Source of the DNA: Haplodiscus bocki
Lineage: Eukaryota
DNA length: 64,000 nt
Assembly: GCA_965655095.1 (NCBI GenBank)
Contig: OZ296648.1
Location: forward strand, 84,258,001-84,322,000
Reading direction: 5' to 3'
Part shown: piece after piece, positions 1 through 12,949 of the stretch
Numbering within the stretch: the first letter of the stretch is position 1
How the letters are laid out: every line of letters begins with the position of its first letter
Program-made: the position numbers and the translations under genes
The notes under the pieces: generated by a model
What the model saw: the letters and a program-made list of their open reading frames with translations, nothing else
Told to the model about the DNA's origin: nothing
The model's database searches: none

Positions 1-1039
1 ATGCATAAAATGAAACTCGAAATCTAAATTTATGTTGCTCATTTGAATTAGAAAACTTTTTACAATTTTCCTTCACTCATGGGATTCAATCATACTACAC
101 ATATCATATTTCTCTTTGAATAATTTTAACTCGAAGAGAGGTATTAATAGAAAAAGGTTAGAATGATTTTATTTGTTTTATCTTTCTGTAAATCACTGGA
201 GTAAGTTGATCATTTATTTTTCGTGCTTCAATTTTCTGGGGTTTTCTTAAAATCCTAGGGTGTATTCTGGATTTCTTATGTTTATCAACGTTCATCTACT
301 TGACATATATAAACATTACAAAATATTCTATCCGATTCTGCTATTTGATATACATTTTTTAAATGTTTATTTTTGTGCTTATCTTTATATCTGTAAGATT
401 AATCTTGCAAACTTCACAACGTGTTTTTTTAGACTCCCGGGAATGAATGAATTGCTTTCTATTGCAGATTCCACATTATGCTTTTCACCTGTAATAATTA
501 AAAGGGTTTTCGATTTTAAGTGTTTTTTAAAATTCTTCAAGGTTTTTTTTGCCTTTTTAAGTTTTTTTCACAAGTATAACACAGTTTCATACTTGTGGTT
601 GTCTTTGTGTCCATTGTTTGTATAAAGAAATTTCATTTGAAGAAAAATTGATTTCATTTTTTACGTGAAAATTAATTGTAATATGTTTTTCCCATTCAGT
701 TATTTCAATCCGTACACTGCCATAGCTGCATTTAACTTTTCAAAAACGATTGGTTTTCTTCAATATAAAATTCCTTACAAATTTCATATTTTGGTATTTG
801 ACAAGCTTTTAGAAAATGGTTGATTGACTTTATATATTTACAATATCCAGTTCTCGTAAAACTTTTAATGCAAAAAATAGAATTTTATGTTAGTTTTCAT
901 CGTCAATTAAAATTCAAAAATCATTCACATAATTATCTAAAGCTGTAGATGTTGCCATTAATTAGGAACTGATAATTTGTTCGAAAATTTTTTCAAAAAA
1001 AATTCACTGGTCAACTAATTTAGTTTCACTCTTTCAAGT

Positions 1040-1230
1040 GTTCCCAACATAGCTTTCGCGGCAAAGTTCCTCCTTTATCTAATCGTTTGTTTCGGAGAGA
1101 CTTACCGGAAGTTCTTCCAAGAGCAAGTACGCATGTCAAACACTTGGGGGTACGTTGGTTAGGAATGAAACCCGAACTTTCCGGTCACGGCCTAAAGTTT
1201 TGTCAATGACATTACCTCTATGCTAAAGGA
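1040..1230 (-). repeat. tRNA-derived SINE-like relic
   Basis: The - strand reads TAGCATAGAGGT (A-box-like) ... GGGTTTCATTCC (B-box-like) at tRNA-like spacing. No complete cloverleaf; boundaries approximate. Confidence 0.35.
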
Positions 1231-1414
1231 TGCGAAATTGATGATTACTCAACGCTTAAATAACCTTGTTAACTTCAAAGAGTATATATGCAGTCTTTCG
1301 CGCAACGAAAACATGATCTATTTTACCATTGGTATATACACTTTTATAGAGCCTTTCGCGTTACAAAATACGGTCTGTTTTACGCTTGGGATATAATCTT
1401 TTAGACAAAAAAGC

Positions 1415-1777
1415 ATTTTAGTAGTGTGCATATTCCGATTTGAGATCAGGCATCTTTTTTTTTCAGAGCATGGCACCAAATATTTATACTTTCATCCTTA
1501 TCAGTTGGGGGCGTTGTGGAAAAGCTTCACAACTTAAATAAAAACTTCACACTCACATTCTTATAATTACATTTGAATATACATATAGTGTATGGATATA
1601 TATTTTGAAATTTTATTACATTATTATATTTTGGAAGGTAAATGTAAAGTTTTTATTTAGTTTTTCATAATTTTTAACAACGCCTTAACTGATAAGAATG
1701 AAAATACAAACAATTGGGGCCCCATACTCTGAAAAAAGATGCATGGTCTCAAATCCAAAGATGCACACTACTGAAAT
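1415..1777. mobile_element. MITE-like non-autonomous DNA element with ~95-bp imperfect TIRs
   Basis: 1420-1516 (agtagtgtgcatattccgatttgagatcaggcatc...cttatcagttgggggcgttg) is the imperfect reverse complement of 1678-1772 (caacgccttaactgataag...gatgcatggtctcaaatccaaagatgcacactact). AT-rich core; no TSD found. Confidence 0.7.
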
Positions 1778-4687
1778 TCAATTGCAACCGAAGTGTTACA
1801 TGACAGAACCTTGAAAAAAACCGTTCAAAAAAGTCGAAGTATAAAACATTATGATCGCAAAGCCAACGCAATACCTTGACCACCGAATATTATTGCTTCC
1901 TTTTCGGCCCAACAGCTGACGCAAAGGTTACTAACAGGTTCTTCCACGGATCACAGACTGGTTGATACTCACACAAGGAAAAAGTTTCAGACAAACAAGA
2001 ATTACACTGTACGAAGGCTAGGCACAAAAAAGACACTGATCTTGCATCATATCCGCCAGGGACAAATAAACAGTGACAGCTGCTCTGCCTGAAATTAAAA
2101 CAGGAAAAAAAGATTGGCGAAAACACGATCAAAAGCAAGTATCACAAGAAGTTACATACGCAACCACTGGATTAAAAAATTCTTTAAACTTCTTCTGACA
2201 TGAAGCATCATGATGAGACGAACTCATGAACTGCTGACAGAACAAAACTAACATGAACTGAAGCCTAATGGTGCTACAGCAGATTATTATACAAATCAAA
2301 CAAACCACGGACCATCTCAAACGCCTGAAACTACCCCGCAATCCAAGCAAACACCATGCCTTTCCCACCAAACCTAAGCAACACCAAGGGCAAAACAATG
2401 GAAATCGGAAATCATGAGATTCGGGAAAATTATTAATAAACCAAGGAGGATGAAAATTCAAAACCCTATAACACTGGAGAAGGACCCAAAATATATTACG
2501 ACCCAAAATTACGCTGCATTACTCTGACTGAATCTGATACTAAAAAACAATTAAACTTTGAGCTCCAGTTTCTCTATTTACAAAAAAGTCCAAGTAAGAC
2601 CAAAACCACGGACAAGATTTCTCTAATGACACCTTTTGTCTACCTTTTTTCCCAAACTTCCGGCCTCGTCGAAGCTGTAAACATATGTTCAATTACATGA
2701 ACATACATCTGTTCAATTACATATGTTCAATTACAAAATCGAGTATCCGTCTTTAGTTCTTTGCCTTCTTTGCTAGAGGTTCCTCACAAGACGATTACGA
2801 TGTCAAAAGCTGAGAATCCGTATCAGGTTGCAGGCGACTAAAAACACGAGAAGGACTCGAAGCAGTTTCGGACTTTTTGGAGATATCACCATCAACCTGC
2901 GACTTGGGCACCTTTGTCCTTTTGTAACATTTTTTGGAACGGTCTCTTCTTTTGTCTTTTTATTGTTTTTTTGTTTTGTCTTTTCGCTCTTCTTAACATT
3001 CGCATTTTCGCTATCTTTACTCTTCGCTTTCTCTTGCATTTTGTTACAATCTTTGTCAACTGGCACATCTGCTCCTTTATCGTTCAACATGACACCAGTG
3101 AATTCACTAACTCCGGGACACAACTCCTGATAAACTGCAATTGTGAATTCCCACAAGTCGTTCCGCTTTCATCATAATTTTTTCCCATGCCGAATGTCCA
3201 AGAGTGGTATGATGTCTCAGTAATTTCCAATTGTTTCGCAACAATTGAAAAACATCCATTACCTACGTGCCAATAATCAGCATTAAGCAAGAATTGTGCT
3301 GATCACTGCGGAAAATAATCGATTGAACTCAAATGCACCTCGAGCATGCCCATCGAAGTCATTTCTGCCAGTGACTCATTTCCCTTGCTATCACCAAAAC
3401 CAGCAAGACGATACATACAATGCACGTGCGGTCTGGCCATCATGACCCAGGAAATTGGTAAGAATTCGGTTGAGTCGTTTGGAATCTGGTCGTCCTTAGC
3501 GATAAAGTTGGGAACAAATGAGTGGTACTCAATGATGGCCACAGCGCTACCATTACAAAAAAGGTAGCATCACACGTAATTAAATTCTTCACTGTGAAGT
3601 GCTGTGTGGTGGTGTAGGGTGGTAGTGGTGTTGTTGGAGATAGCAGTGGAAAGTCTCAAAAGCCACTCTATTCCAGCTTAGAAAACTTACCTAAAACTCG
3701 AGATAAGTCTCCTATTTCAATTTTGCGAATGTTGCCTTCGTACACTTCAACAAAAGTTATCTCGGGCGTGAGTTCGAAAGGAAGGGCTTTTACTTATCTA
3801 GCAAATCAGGTGAAGAAATTTGATATTGGTAAATAGCTAAATTAAGAGTTAGAATAATATCAACGTTTTGATTTACGATGGAAATGGGAAGATATAAAAA
3901 CGAAAAAGGATTATAAATATCATGAACACAAGGACATCTAGATAAATATTGTCGTCAAGAGAATATATCATGAGTTAATTTTAAAGTTTTTTCAATTTAA
4001 TCTCTCCCTCAGACTGAGTTGTCAACTAAGGAAAAACCTGACCAAAAAGTTCTTTGATCAGCAAAATTCCTATGGTTATTTTATGCCTGCGGAATCACTA
4101 AGGCTTTCTGCTTTAAGCAAAGATTTCTATCTTAAAGTAGAACCATCAGATCCGCAGTAGCTAAGATCAGTTCTATCCTTCTCTTAGATCAACGAGATTG
4201 CTAACGTTTTCTCCTCCGCTCGTGGCTAGGACAATCTCAGGAGAAAAGAGTTTTAGCTCTCTAAAAATGAGAGGAAAAAAGGCAGAATTCACAGAGTTAC
4301 AAAAATCTCAAAAAAAGTTTTGATTCTCTCAAATGAGAGGAAAAGCAAAATTATTAAAGTCTGAGTAAAAGCGAGAGTTGAAGAAAGAACCTAAGTTTAG
4401 TTTAATGATTTTACTGTTTTTAAATTAGAGAATAGACTTAGTTACCGAAATATTTAGTTTACATCAAACCCCAAAATTAAAGTTAAATTATGAAGAAAAT
4501 ATTATCAGAAAATAGTTAAAAGTGAAAAGATGAACGAATACATTGTTTGACAAATTGATACTGCTCAGAAGCACTGCAGTGGTTCGATCCTTCTACGTCG
4601 GAAAATGGCTGGTATGAAATTACGGGTGACTTGACATATGATCTGAGCTGGTGGGGATTGCGCGCTGCTCGGGTGCAATTCGTCCGC

Positions 4688-4920
4688 TATATATACTAAA
4701 TTTCGTTCATTCGTAAGCCAATCAGAATGAGGATAGCATGGAATTGGCTGTGAACATGGCGTCAAGTCACGTAATCAATCACGTGACTTCGGAGTCGCCA
4801 GTATTCATAATGGTAATACATACATGACGTCAGATGACGGTATTGTTTCGAGGGCAGATACTATTGTTTCGGTAGATGACGTTATTGTCCATATAAAGCA
4901 GGTGAGGGAAATAATGACGG
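4688..4920. promoter_or_regulatory. Dense Pol II promoter-like motif cluster, possibly bidirectional
   Basis: TATATATA 4688-4695, CCAAT 4718-4722, ATTGG 4743-4747, TCACGTGA 4779-4786, TGACGTCA 4825-4832, TGACG half-sites at 4835, 4877 and 4915, and CCATATAAAG (CArG/TATA-like) 4889-4898. Confidence 0.45.
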
Positions 4921-4985
4921 CTGTAGTTTTCAAGTGGTTGTAAACAAATGTTGAACATGTTCGGGCTTGTGCAACGACGAACTAA

Positions 4986-5366
4986 ATGGCAAAGACAAAT
5001 TACAGATTAATACAGTTTCAAGTTTTAGTTTTTCTAAGTTTTTCTTGTTCTATTCTTCTTTGCTGTATGTCGAACACGACATCACTGAATAGGTTATCAT
5101 TTTCGGGTTTACTGAGACATCACCAAACATCATTGGAGCCATATCAAACGCAGAGAGTCCTCGGGGAACCCATTACTTCCTTACTGCTTGTCCAAGAAAG
5201 GTCTCACCGATTGCCACGGAAAACAAGAGATTTGGCTCATACAATATTGCGCTTCGATATTAGATCATCAGTCATAACAACGGACGGAGTGCATCAATAT
5301 CCGACAAAAATTCACACAACTATAAAATTTCAGTCCGGTTCTTTCAAAAACAGAAAAGAATGGTGA
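4986..5366 (+). CDS. Putative small secreted precursor or first coding exon (126 aa), product unknown
   Basis: ATG in AAATGG context ~90 bp after the TATA-like box; hydrophobic N-terminus VLVFLSFSCSILLCC; RKTR convertase-type site. No family recognised. Confidence 0.3.
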   Translation: MAKTNYRLIQFQVLVFLSFSCSILLCCMSNTTSLNRLSFSGLLRHHQTSLEPYQTQRVLGEPITSLLLVQERSHRLPRKTRDLAHTILRFDIRSSVITTDGVHQYPTKIHTTIKFQSGSFKNRKEW

Positions 5367-5731
5367 TAAAACCCGTTTCTCCAGCTTTTCCTTAGGCGCA
5401 TTTGGCAGATGCTCATGTCGGAAGCGTGCTGATAATACTTCCGGCAACAAAAAAAATCACCTTACACCAGTAAACAGCAATAGGTCGTGCAACGTCAGGG
5501 AAAATCTATTCAAAAATTCCGCATAAATTCTCATAAGTTTCGTGAAACTTTTCGACACTTGATTAATGCCATTGTTTTTGAATCGACTAAAAATACGTTA
5601 AACAAGGCTGCCTTGAATTAATGACATTCACTGCAGTCTAGTGAAGAGAAACGACACCGAACTGAAAAAATCTTCCCTCCCTGTAATGTTGATAGTCGGC
5701 ACACGATCAACTTCGCTTAAAACAAACTCTT

Positions 5732-5777
5732 TAGGCATCGGAAAAGACGAACAATAGGCATCGGAAAAGACGAACAA
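5732..5777. repeat. Perfect 23-bp tandem duplication
   Basis: taggcatcggaaaagacgaacaa occurs twice in direct tandem. Confidence 0.9.
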
Positions 5778-6399
5778 TATTCTTCATCTTTTCTTCTTCA
5801 TTGAATCGAGCACTTTAGCAAGACTGATAAACAAACTAAAAGTGGCGCCAATATGGTTTTAATGGAATAGTAGCAGAATTCAAGATCATTTCCCGTGTTG
5901 GAAACAGAGAACAGCGATCATGGTAGGGAGCACACCACTGAAACGTTACGGAATTAACTCAAGCATTAAAATAGAGATGTGTATTAGCGTCATGATACAC
6001 CACATCAACAAATCAGGTTGAAATATTTTCATCAAAGTTTGGCAATAACCAAAAAAACGCACTCTCTAAGGATCACAGTTGGAGACTGTCAATGTTGGAA
6101 TACAACCGCGAATCAAGTACACCGTTCCTACATTGACGTTGAAGATTAACCTCCTCTCTTCCATTCGTTCAAAAAGCTATTTGCGATTTGGTTGAATCCT
6201 CAGGATTGACATCAGCACCAATCAGGGAATTTACATTTGACACGCCAAAACGTTTTTTTTTTGGTGGGGGGGGCAGGTTTGGTGGTTCAAGGATTGTCAA
6301 AATATGATGTTCCTCCTCAAGTCATCAATAACTTCTAGTTGTAAATGGTGTCACCAGGAGGTGAGAACCGTTACCTTTGATCCCGCCGCAAATGTGCTT

Positions 6400-7050
6400 C
6401 AGATTGCGAATTCATAAAAATAGATCAATATCCACAAGTTTTGAGACGAAATTGAAAATTTAACGTCGGCAATGCCATTTGGTTGGGTCTTTTCCAAGAT
6501 CTCTGGGACCATTCCCAAATATCTGCATTAAGCGTTAACGGATCCGCATCTGCATTGTCGACAAAACTTGATTTCCCAGCATTTTTCAACACCTGACCAT
6601 GCTGAAACACCAAGCAGAGAGCCAATTTTCCACGGTGTTGATTGGTGCACATTTGAAAACAGATGTCCCATCTGAGGCGAAAGCACCTCATGATCGTTAG
6701 AAATTTCCCCATGCGTTGTTGTTTGGCATGGCTTAAATGTATTTGACGTAAATGGAGGACCTTGCGGATTAGAAACGAAACCATCGTTGGTAATGGATGC
6801 AGAGAGTTTTGAGAACAGCGTGCAGCAGTGTCCTTGTAAGGATCATCTACCCCGGCGCTTTGTTCCAAGCAGTAATAGTCCAATGAACTCCAAACAAAAC
6901 TAAATCATGTTTTCCCAAGCCAAAGTTGCTGTCAGTAGCAATGCTTTTTCGTTCGCCTTCGGTCTAGTTTACTTAGGGCTTACCATTACTGACCCATCGA
7001 GCTGAATCACTTTCACCAATTCTATCGCCAGTCATATCCAAATATCATTC
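6400..7050 (-). pseudogene. Possible decayed fibrinogen-related domain (FReD) pseudogene
   Basis: Across frames on the - strand, in the expected order: IQLDGSV, LWLG, KFLT, KCA...SAWCFS. These resemble the FReD motifs DGSV, FWLG, FST and CA..GAWWF. Heavily disrupted. Confidence 0.25.
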
Positions 7051-10000
7051 ACAATTCATCAAGGTTTCTTTAAATGCAAGTCTGAATATTCTTTGGCAAG
7101 ACTTATTATCAGCAGGCTACTGAACACATACACTGTTCCATCCATGCTGCCCAAAACCCAGTGGAAGATGTTAGTGAACAAGTTTTCTGCGCACAAGGTT
7201 TTTTCAATGAAACAGAGGCTGGGTTGTCAACCTTTCTAATGGAGACTGTCGCCACTACTGTCTAGTGGTTGCCCTGGAGCATAAAGTTATGACTTAGGCT
7301 GAACACCAGCCGCCTGAATTGTAAGCCAAAACTGCATAAATTCCACGTTTGATCACAAAATCTAGCTCTTTTTACTAATTTCAAAAGCACCAAAAGTACA
7401 ACAATGGATAGAACAACAAGAATTCTTGAAGGAACAATAAATTGAGATTCTTTGCATTCAATTCTGATGGAGATGTAAATACTAAGTCGACTGGGAAAGC
7501 AAAGGTGTGAAAAGCTATGAAACAGCAAAGAAATTTTCATCGACTTAGAAACTCACATCAAAAATCAAATTTTTCTTGTAAAGTGCCTATAAAGTTATGA
7601 AACCTAGCTAAAATTGTTCCATCCTATCAGATTTTGAAGTGCTTTTAGCAAGTAAGAAGACAGAAAGTCAGGGAGCCATAGAACTAGCTGTTTTTTTTGC
7701 ATACTTTAAGTCACCGATGAAACATATGTTATGAAAAAACTAACCATTCAGCCATTTTTTGATAAAAATTTTTTGTAATGTTTTGCTTGCGACAAGTTGC
7801 TAGAAAAATAGAAGACTACGCGAAATTGAGACTGCTGAAAAACCGTAAAACTAGCTGTTTTTGGCTATTTGAGGCTCCGAAAATCATTTTCGAGAATAAA
7901 TCACTAGTTTAGAAAAATGCATCGATGTTCTCCGTTCTCTACCGGTATTCATCGTTATGTTAGTTTTATGGATAGGAAATTGAAAAAGCAAAAAGGGTGT
8001 AAATTCCAAAAGACTCAACATAGATATTTTCAGATGATCTAAAAAAACTTCTTCCCAGCAAAGAAGCCACCGTTTCGCAAGTTGTACGTTTTCGATACTT
8101 TACTCAAAATTAGACCTGAGAGTCTGTTTAGTTCGCAAAAATATAAAAACTCAGTTGAGAGTTAGAAAAAAAAACTTCTCGCATAGATTCACAAAAGTGA
8201 AAACTGGAATAATTTGCAAATTCTACTTTGTTTACTCATTTAGACTATGTTCGTAATTTTTACCTTCATTCGTTCATGTGCAGGATGCAAATTCTGGCAC
8301 TAGAAAAGATCACGCAAGAACTTGCTTTTTCTTTTGTCCTTGCACGCTCAGGGCGTGGAAGGTCAGACTTAAACGTACGCAAACGTTCCTAATTTCGTGA
8401 AAATGAATTGCTTACGGTGAAAAAATACCTTTGTAAACGCATTCAAGACGCCTGCTACCGCAAGTATAAATACAGAAGCAAAAATGTACTTCGCAGGCAC
8501 TCCCGACACAGAAACACCTCCTATAGACAATTGGAAAAAACTCCTGAAAAATATAACACCAAAACTAACGAAAGCCCATAAATTCCTGAGATTCAAGGTG
8601 CAATACATTCAAAAAGTATGAGAGATGAACTGTTACTGACAAACACGTTCAATTTTTTAGAATAACGAGCATTGATTGACAACTATTGATTAGTCTCCAT
8701 GAAATCTTTCGCGATTCACTTTTTTAAAACACCGAGGGCGAAAAACGTAAAACAAGTTCCATTTTTTAAATATAGCTTGATTATCAATGGCAAAACTTGA
8801 AAAACACCAACTCACTTAGCGTGAGCAAGCTCCAAATATGAGAAATCAAACAAACGCTAGATGGACAGAATGTGCGGAAGTTTTCACAATAAATTTGACA
8901 AAAAAGAGCAAGCTTCTTAAGATTTGATTACAACAAACTAAGACTTTTTACCACAGAAATTTGAACTAGACCATTTTTGCCCTTTGCACTAATCTTACAG
9001 TCAAAGATTCGTTATTTTTCGACAAAATCAGATAAAAATTCTCCACAAAAAAATCCATCAATGAAAGACTTTAACAAAAAAATTATCTAAATGTCTATTT
9101 TTCGCTACAAAAATATGAAAAAGTTATTCCTGTTACTTCACAAAACTTCTAAGTATTGACAGAAAGAGTTAACGCTAGACGGACACAATTTGCAAGAGTT
9201 GTTACGATAAAGCACGGCCAAACACAACTACAAACTTTCAAATTTTTGAACACAAGATATTTCACGATAAATGTTGAAAACAGAAAATCTTAGTGGTTTC
9301 TCAGAACATTCAGTTAATGACTAGTTTCATGAACCATATGCAGACCCATTCCGACCAATAGTCTTCAATAAACCCCTACTGAAGAAAGACAGAATTTAGA
9401 AAAAATCGATTGCAACATAAAATAGGACCTTTCGCAAAAAAATTGATGAGTCCTTTCCAGTAGCTCATCAGACACTCCGGGCTGCCAGTAAGCACCCGAT
9501 TGACCCAATCTCACAATTAGTCATTGAGAACAAACTTTGAACAAACCAAGCAGATGAAAAATTGTTTGATTTTTCAGTTCGAAGTCATAAAGTTCCGTCA
9601 GAATATCATTAAACAATTGACCTCAGCCATTCCTCCGTACATCCAGGTAAAAAAATTCAATTGATCACTGGTTTGATGCACTCCGTGAGAAGGCAGAGTA
9701 TTGAAAAATTTTGACAGGCAGGGACGCCGCATGAACAAACTAACCTTAGAGGGAACGGATACTTTTCCCACCAGAACGCAAATTAGAGACGTATGGAAAA
9801 TAATTGAGGGCCGCCCTTAGTACACTTCGCTTCTCTCCTTTGGTTTGCTTACTCGCAGTAACCGTAATCGAGCGGGTATTTCCGTCGTCAATAATTTTAC
9901 TCTAAATGGTACTTGGTTGTTCAGTTGAAAGCCAAGTAGATCGAGCAGCACTGCAATTGGCACCAAATCCGAGTTGTGTACGATACAAAAAATGCACGTT

Positions 10001-11836
10001 TATCCTAAAGGGTTAACGTTGCCAGCTTAACCAGAAAAGTAAGTTTATATATGATGACGTCATGTACTGTTCAGAAAACTGTAAAGCAATTTTTTGAATC
10101 ACATGAGCCACTTTGATTACAAAGTCATGATTGATTGTATTTTAGGATCAAACGTCATCATCACGCAACCGGACATCATTGGTGGTCAAGCAATAGGAAA
10201 ACCCCAAGCCTTCCTACTTTATTGGTCACAAGATCTCAGTTCTTTTTGTAATACGATACTTTTGCTATTCAGTCGTTTTCCTCGTTTTGCAATGCTCTAG
10301 CGTTATATAAATCTTTCAATGCGATAAATTCTAATACGTAACTTTAACAAATAGAAATCAACTTCTTTATATAATAACATTGTTAAATTCGGAAAAGGTT
10401 TTTAAGACGAGAAAGATAGTAAGAGCGAGGAAGTTGAAACAAGATAACCCCAAAATAGACAAAAAACAAGTGGAACACTGAGAGGCTTTGGATCTTCAGG
10501 AGTCAGCCAAAACTTCAGTTGAATACTAATGAAGACCCAACAAGCACCAGGAGGCTGCAGGTAGAAAAACTTTACAACTCTCAACGAGTTGAGAGTAAAA
10601 TCCAGGAGACTCACAAATTTTTACTTAATTTGAAACAAGACTTAAAACTGCTTTAGTCTGACGGAAACAGTGAAGTCAATTTTTGAATTCTAGGTCATAA
10701 ACTAGAACCGAGTTGCTCAAAAAGTATGAAGAAGAATCTTCCGCCATTTCCACAACTGCGGCAAACATTGTTGCTATACGTTTTCAGTTTATTGATTGTC
10801 AAGTTACCAAAATTTACATTCGGAAGGCAATTGCATACGAAGTCTTAGTACACCGGTTAATCATCACAACGCCTACAGTTGCAGTGATTGGTGGTCGACG
10901 AATAAATTTTCATATTCAAATTCCATGAACGCGCACGCACATTTGTACTTGTGCAGCAAAATGTAGTTTTCAACGCTTTGTGTGAAAATCGAAACAACCA
11001 CTAACTTCATAACTTTCTCATTTTATATCTGCATATGACTATATGAGAGTGAAAGTACCGTAACTCAATTGTTTTTGAAAGAAACAAATTTTTGATTAGT
11101 TTGCAATCTTTGTTAGTTATTTTGAGAGGTTATACTCATTGTACTCTATATTCCGCCGTATCTAAAACACGCAAGCAGATCTTTCTCTAGCAGCGCGCGT
11201 TTTTTGCAAGTTTGCGGCGAAGTGCGACATCAAAATTTTTGATTGAATTACAGCTAAAGGCCACATATTACGATTGAATTGTAGTTAATCAAAACAACGT
11301 GTGTATGGCAGAAATTTGGTTTTTGGAATTGGTTTTCCTTTCTGGAGCGTGCAAGTAAAACCAGGCAAGCTACCAAATTTGAGTATCTAAATTAGTTCTG
11401 CCTTTTTATCAAGTGGATTTCAGTGAAGGGATGGCCAGATAATGATGGCTACAGGTTAAGTTTATTGTCTGCTTCTCAGCAGTCGTAGATTACTAGATAT
11501 AACAAGAGATGCGGCGGCGATGCGATTGTTTCCAGAGACAGGGCCTCGAAAACGGTGGACAAAACACATCAAAGAAAATTGACAAAAAAACCAGCACATT
11601 CTATAAATGCGATTGTGAAAACAAAAAAGAATGCCGATTGGAAATACTGGAAATTCTGGCCTATGTAGAATTCTCTTCAAAAGACAACCGAAAGTATTAC
11701 CAACGAACAACTGCAAGTAGAAAATTGTCGATCACAATCTTGATGGAAAAAATCTAGCGCTTTGAACTGGAAGTGAATTTGAACGCGATAAATCATTATT
11801 TATCGTTTTTTGGCGTGTTTAGCCCATGAGACATAC

Positions 11837-12256
11837 TCTAACGTTAGCAACGATCTTGTTATTTTAGAGTCAAAAATGCTCTTGAGTCCAGAGCGATTTT
11901 AGACAGATAAATTTTACTTTCAGGTTCAATTTTTCTTTGATGCGAGTTCACCTAGTGGATTCCAACGAAGTTCTATTCAGCAGCGAGAGCCGAAATTGGT
12001 TAGCTTGAGCAGTCAACTTTTTCATTCAAAATCTAATTTTGTAGTGTCAGAGGTTGAAAATTATCTATTTAAATTCGAAAGGTTAAAGTCCATTAGTTTA
12101 TCATATTTTGTGAAAAGAAAATTTGACATAAATATCTTTCTCAGGCATCTCTCTGGCGCCCAATTAAAATGTCAGTTTTACTTAGGATTTAATTCTTGGG
12201 GTTCTTTCTGATAGAAGTTTCTTTCTTCAGCTGTCATCGTAATATGGAATGTTACA
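11837..12256 (-). repeat. 3' LTR of Gypsy element (420 bp)
   Basis: Direct repeat of 25718-26123 (~89% identity by hand count, plus one 14-bp indel). The - strand starts TGTAAC and ends GTTAGA. Confidence 0.93.
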
Positions 12257-12271
12257 CTACCCTTCTTTCTG
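12257..12271 (-). other. Polypurine tract
   Basis: CAGAAAGAAGGGTAG on the - strand immediately precedes the TG of the 3' LTR. Confidence 0.85.
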
Positions 12272-12949
12272 TTATTCGCCGCCGGTGGAAATGTCCCACT
12301 GTTTGAGAAGGCGAAAATAGGAGTGCCCACGAGACCAAAAATTGACCCAATTACCAACAGTAGTGGTTATACATCCATGCACAAAGTTTGAAAGAGAAGC
12401 GAGATCCATGTGGTGGTCCCAGAAAGAGAAACCAAGTTCTATGTTCCAAAAAAAATTGAAGTATCCAAAGAAATGATGGGTTGTCAAATCGAAGTAAGTC
12501 CAGAACATCCAGAGTAGAAAATGTTTAAAGTTTGGCAGCACACAGCCATCCAGTCCAAAGAAGTGTCTTTTCTATTTGATAAAAACAAATATGCACTTAA
12601 AGTTTGGGTGAGAGAAAAAAATGATTTCAGCTGGGCAACCGAAGAAAAAAGATTCATGATTAAACAAGTTAATAAAGGAAATGAATACATCTGGTCCCTT
12701 TTCCAAGGATTGGAACGGACCTCAAAAGAATGAGATTTTTTGTTTTCTCCAGGACGTAGACCCGGGGTAGCTTTTGCTGTCATAACGTGAACTTGAGAAG
12801 TCGAAAAAGACGCTTGGACGTAAATGACACCTTCTTGTTGAACAGTATCGTAAGAACGACATTGAATTTGCTTGACTATTATGAAATTGTTGCTTCCGGA
12901 AATTAGTGTACATATTTCCAGAGCAGTGCGTTCGATACCATTGCCTGTT

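Noticed and set aside
260-625. ORFs 260-625 and 29420-29833 as genes
   Set aside because: Low-complexity AT-rich translations with no motifs.
1900-2600. Plus-strand gag relic
   Set aside because: Composition is suggestive, but there is no diagnostic motif or linked pol or LTR.
7660-9240. Degenerate direct repeats (aactagctgtttt at ~7682 and ~7849; aacgctaga.ggaca at ~8853 and ~9171)
   Set aside because: Too short and diverged to define an element; likely old repeat debris.
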